Shown: positions 60,001 through 64,000 of the stretch, in pieces | Layout: each line of letters begins with the position of its first letter | Numbering within the stretch: position 1 is the stretch's first letter | Assembly (NCBI GenBank): GCA_009914755.4 | Contig: CP068257.2 | Location: forward strand, 1,952,001 to 2,016,000 | Length of the DNA: 64,000 nt | Reading direction: 5' to 3' | Source of the DNA: the human T2T-CHM13v2.0 reference genome, Homo sapiens | Notes under the pieces: generated by a model | What the model saw: the letters and a program-made list of their open reading frames with translations, nothing else | Databases searched by the model: none | Told to the model about the DNA's origin: nothing | Translations under genes and position numbers: made by a program

Positions 60001-63000
60001 GGAATGGAACTGAACGGAATGAAAAGGAGAGGAATGGAATGGAAAGCTGTGTAGTGGAATGGAGTGGTGTGGAATGGAATTGAATGGAGTGGAGTGGATT
60101 GGAATGGAATGAAACGGTGTGGAATGGCAATGAATGGGGTGCAATGGAATGGAGGGGATTAGAATGGAGTCTAATGGAAGGGAAAGTAATGGAGAGGAGT
60201 GGAATGGAATGGAATGGAATGCAATGGAATCGAGTGAAGTGGAGTAGAGTGGAGTGGAATGCAATGGAGTGGAATGGGATGGAGTGGAATGGAGTGGATT
60301 AGAATGCAGTGAAATGAAAGGGAATGGAATGGAATGTAGTGAAGTGGAATGGAATGCAATGCAATGGATTCGATTGAAGTGGAGTGGAGTGGAGTGGAAT
60401 GCAATGGAGTGGAATGAGATGGAGTGGAGTGGAGTGGAATAGAATGGAATGGAATTGAATGGAAAGGAATTGACTGGAATGCAATGCAACGAAATGGAGT
60501 GGAATGAAGTTGAATGGAATGCAAAGGAATGGAATTGAATGGAGTGATATGGAATGGAATGAAATGGAATGCAATGGATTCGAGTGGAGTGCTGTGGAGT
60601 GTAATGGAATGGAATGCAATGGAATGGAATGGAATGGAAGGGATTGAAATGGAAAGGAATGCAATAGAATGGAATTTAATGGAATGGAATGCAGTGGGGT
60701 GGAATAGAAAGGAGTGGAGTGGAATGGAATGGAATGCAATGGAATTGAATGTAACGGAAAGTAATGGAAAGGAATGGAATGGAGAGGAGGGGATTATCGT
60801 GGAGTGGAGTGAATTGGAAAGGAATGGAATGGAATGGAATGGAATGGAATGGAATGGAATGGAATGAAATGAAATGTGGTGAAGTGGACTAGAATGGAAT
60901 GAAATGGACTAGAATGGAGTGGAGTGGATTGGAATGGAATAGAATGTAGTGGAGTGGAGTGGAATGGAATGGAATGGAGTGGATTGGAAAGGATTGGAAT
61001 GGATTGGAATAGAATGCATTGGAATGGAATGGAATGAAACAGAGTGGAATGGAATGGAGTGGAATGGAATGGAATGGAATGGAATGAAGAGGAGTGTAGT
61101 GGAATGGAATCGTTTGTATTGAAATGTGATGGAATGCAGATGGATGTAATGGAATAGAATGGGATGGAATAGAATGGGATGGAAAGGAATGGAATGGAAA
61201 TGGGTGGAGTCAAGAGGAAAGCAATGGAGTGAAGTGGAATGGAATTCAATGCAATGGAATGGAACGGAATGAAATGGATTGGAATGGAATAGAATGGAGT
61301 GGAATGCAATGGAATGGGATGGAATGGTATTGAATGGAATAGACTGGAGTGGAATGGAATGGAAAGGAATGGAACGGAATGGAATGGAATGGAGTGGGGT
61401 GGAATGGAATGGAATGTAACGGAGTGGAATGGAGTGTAGTGGAGTGGAATGGAATAGAATGGAGTGGATTAGAATGTAGTACAATGGAATGCAGAGGAAT
61501 GAAAGGAAGGTAATGGAATGGAATGGAAAGGAATGGAATGGAGGGGAGTGGAATGGAGTGGAAAGGAATTGAATGGAATGGAATGAAGTGGAATGGAATT
61601 TAACCGAATGGATTGGAGTGGAATGGAGTTGAGTGGAGTGAAATGGAATGGAATGGAGTGGAGTGGAGTGGAATGGAATGGATTGGAATGGAGTGGAATG
61701 GAAGGAAATGGGATGGAATGGGGAGGAGTGGAATGGATTGGAGTAGAGTATAGTGGAATGGAATGGAATGTAAACAAATGGAATAGAATGGAATGGAACA
61801 GAATACTTTCGAATGGTACGAAGTGGAGAGGAATGGAACGGAATGCAATGCAGGGGAATGGAGTGGAGTGGAGTGGAATGGAATGGAACGCAGTGGAATG
61901 TAGTGGAATGGAATGGAGTGGAATGGAGTGGAGTGGAGTGGATTGGAATGGAATGGAGTAGATTGGAGTGGATTGGAATGGAGTGGAGTGGAATGGAATA
62001 TAGGGGAGTGGAAAAAAATGGATTGAAATGGAATGGTGGGGAATGGAATGGAGTCGTGTGGAGTGGAATGGAGTGGAGTGGAATTGAGTGGAGTTGAATG
62101 TAATGGAAAGGTGAGGAATGGTATGGAAAGGTGTGGAGTTGAGTGCAGTGGTGTGGAATGATTTGAATGGAGTGGAGTGAAATGGAATGAAACGGAGAAG
62201 AATGGCACGGAATGTGGTGCAATGGAATGGAGTGGATAAGAATGGAGTCTAATGGAAGGGAGTGGAATGGAGTGGAGTGAAATGGAATGAAATGGAATAC
62301 AATGGAATGGAGTGGAGTGGAGTGGAATGCAATGGCGTGGAATGCAATGGAGTGGAGTGGAGTGTAGTGGAACAGAGTTGAATGGAATTGAATGGAACGG
62401 AATTGACTGGAATGGAATGCAACGAAATGGAGTGGAAAGGAGTTGAATGGAATCTAAAGGAATGGAATTGAATGGAGTGGAATTGAAATGAATGAAATGA
62501 AATGCAATGGATGCGAGTGGAGTGCTGTGGAATGTAATGGATTAGAATTCAAAGGAATGGAATGTAATGGAATGAATTGGAATGCAATGGAATGGAATGG
62601 AATGGAATTTAATGGAATGGAATGGACGGGGTGGAATGGAATGGAGTGGAGTGGATTGGAATGGAATGCAATGGAATGTAAAGCAATAGAGTGGAATGGA
62701 TTGCAATGGAAAGGAGAAGAGGGGGTTGTATTGGAATGGAGTGAAGTGGAATGGAATGGAACGGAACAGAATGGAATGCAAAGCAATGGCATGCATTGGA
62801 ATGGCATGGAATGAAATGGACTGGAATTCAGTGGAGTGGAGTGGAATGGAATGAAATGGAGTGGGATACAATGGAATGGAATGGAATGGAATGGAATGGA
62901 ATGGAATGGAATAGGGTGGAATGCATTGGGATGGATTGGAATGGAGTAGAGTGGAGTGAAGTGGGATGGAACGGAGTGGAGTGGAAAGGATTGGAACGGA

Positions 63001-64000
63001 ATGTAATGTAATGGAATGGAATGAAACAGAGTGGAATGGAATGGAATTGAATGGAGAGGAATGTAGAGGAGTGAAGTGGAATGGAATGGAATGTATTGAA
63101 ATGTAATGGAATGGAGATGAATGTGATGTAGTGCAATGTAATGGAATAGAATGGGATGGAATAGAGTAGCATGGAGTGGAATGAAACGGAATGGAAGCGT
63201 ATGGAATGGAATTTAATTGAATGGAATGCAATGGAACGGAATGGAATGCTGTGGAATGGAATGGAATGTGCTGGAAATGAATGGAGTGGAATGTTATATG
63301 GTGGAGTGGAGTGGAATGGAATGGACTGGATTGGAGTGGAATGGAATGGAATGGAATGTAAAGGAGGGGAAACAACTGGAATGGTATGGAATGGAATGTA
63401 ATGGAATGGAGTGAAGTGGAAGGGAATGGAATGGAAGCGAACAGAGTGGAATGTAATGGAATGGAGTGGAGAGGAACGGAGTGGAGTGGAATGGAATGGA
63501 GTATAATGTGGTGGAGTGGAGTGGATGGGAATGGAATGCAATGGAGTGGAATGGAACGGAACGGAGAGGAGGGGAATGGAATGGAAGAGAATGGCATGCA
63601 GTGGAGTGGAACGGAATGGAATGGAAAGAAATGGAATGGAATGGAATAAAGTGGAATGGAATCGAGTGGGGCGGAGTGGAATGGAATGGACAGGAATGGT
63701 ATGGAATGGAATGTAGTGGAAGGGAATGGCATGAAATGGAGTGGAGGGGAATGGAGTGGAATGGAATGGAGTGGAATGGAGTGGAGTGCAAGGGAGTGTA
63801 ATGAAGTGGAGAGGAATGGAAGGGAATGGAATGGATTGTAGCGGAATGGAATGGAATGGAATTGAGTGGATAGGACTGGAATGGAGTCCAATGGAGTGGA
63901 GTGGAATGGAAAGGAGTGGAATGAAATGGAGTGGAAGGGAGTTGAGCGGAATGGAATGTAAAGGATTGGAAAGGAATTGAGTGTAGTTTAATGGAATTGA
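51051..64000 (+). repeat. HSat3 block C: a GGAATGGAGTGG-rich (GGAAT)n subfamily with no Alu fragments and a loose ~0.8-1.1-kb higher-order periodicity. It continues past the window end.
   Basis: Returns to GGAGTGG-type pentamers. Marker motifs recur (CTATAGAATGGTATGG at about 55368, 56294, 57895, 58997 and 59797; GAGGGGAYTGGAGTGGAG...ATAGTGG at about 55310, 56215, 57830, 58925, 59705, 60790, 61725 and 62705). Confidence 0.85.
54230..54960 (+). repeat. Island of block-B-type (CGAATGG/ACTCGAATGG-rich) HSat3 inside block C.
   Basis: Local switch to GGAATCGAATGG / GGACTCGAATGG units, flanked by GGAGTGG-type units. Confidence 0.6.

Overview
The window is entirely primate (human-type) constitutive heterochromatin. 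No intact protein-coding gene is supported. All arrays lie in the same orientation on the + strand.

Layout from 5' to 3':
- 1-1072: classical 42-bp AT-rich satellite I (HSat1).
- 1073-1520: the 3' end of a D4Z4-like element, abutting HSat1 directly.
- 1521-27960: about 26 kb of 68-bp beta-satellite. It forms a macro-repeat of four beta-satellite/D4Z4-like units, and three GC-rich D4Z4-like elements are embedded in it.
  - Copy 1 (13160-15947) is near full length. It carries a DUX4-like double-homeobox pseudogene (13957-15340, + strand) with only two inactivating lesions visible.
  - Copy 2 (20150-20868) is a 5' fragment that ends before the DUX4 start codon.
  - Copy 3 (22632-23957) holds the promoter, start codon and homeobox region, then is cut off.
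  - Each element runs into a pLAM-like, beta-satellite-like tail that lacks the ATTAAA polyadenylation hexamer of the 4qA DUX4 allele.
- 27961-35580: HSat3 block A, a (GGAAT)n subfamily with 22 phased copies of a ~65-bp Alu 3'-end fragment in a ~1.5-kb higher-order repeat (HOR).
- 35581-51050: HSat3 block B, a CGAATGG/ACTCGAATGG-rich subfamily.
- 51051-64000: HSat3 block C, a GGAGTGG-rich subfamily with a loose 0.8-1.1-kb periodicity and a small block-B-type island at about 54230-54960.

The combination of HSat1, beta-satellite, D4Z4/DUX4-like elements and HSat3 resembles human acrocentric short-arm or similar pericentromeric heterochromatin. That placement is an inference and cannot be made from this window alone.

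All ORFs in the six-frame track inside the satellites come from stop-poor repeats, not genes. There is no sign of a prokaryotic-style 'system'. What is worth following up is the nested repeat architecture, the near-intact DUX4-like copy, the Alu-fragment-bearing HSat3 HOR, and the sharp satellite junctions.
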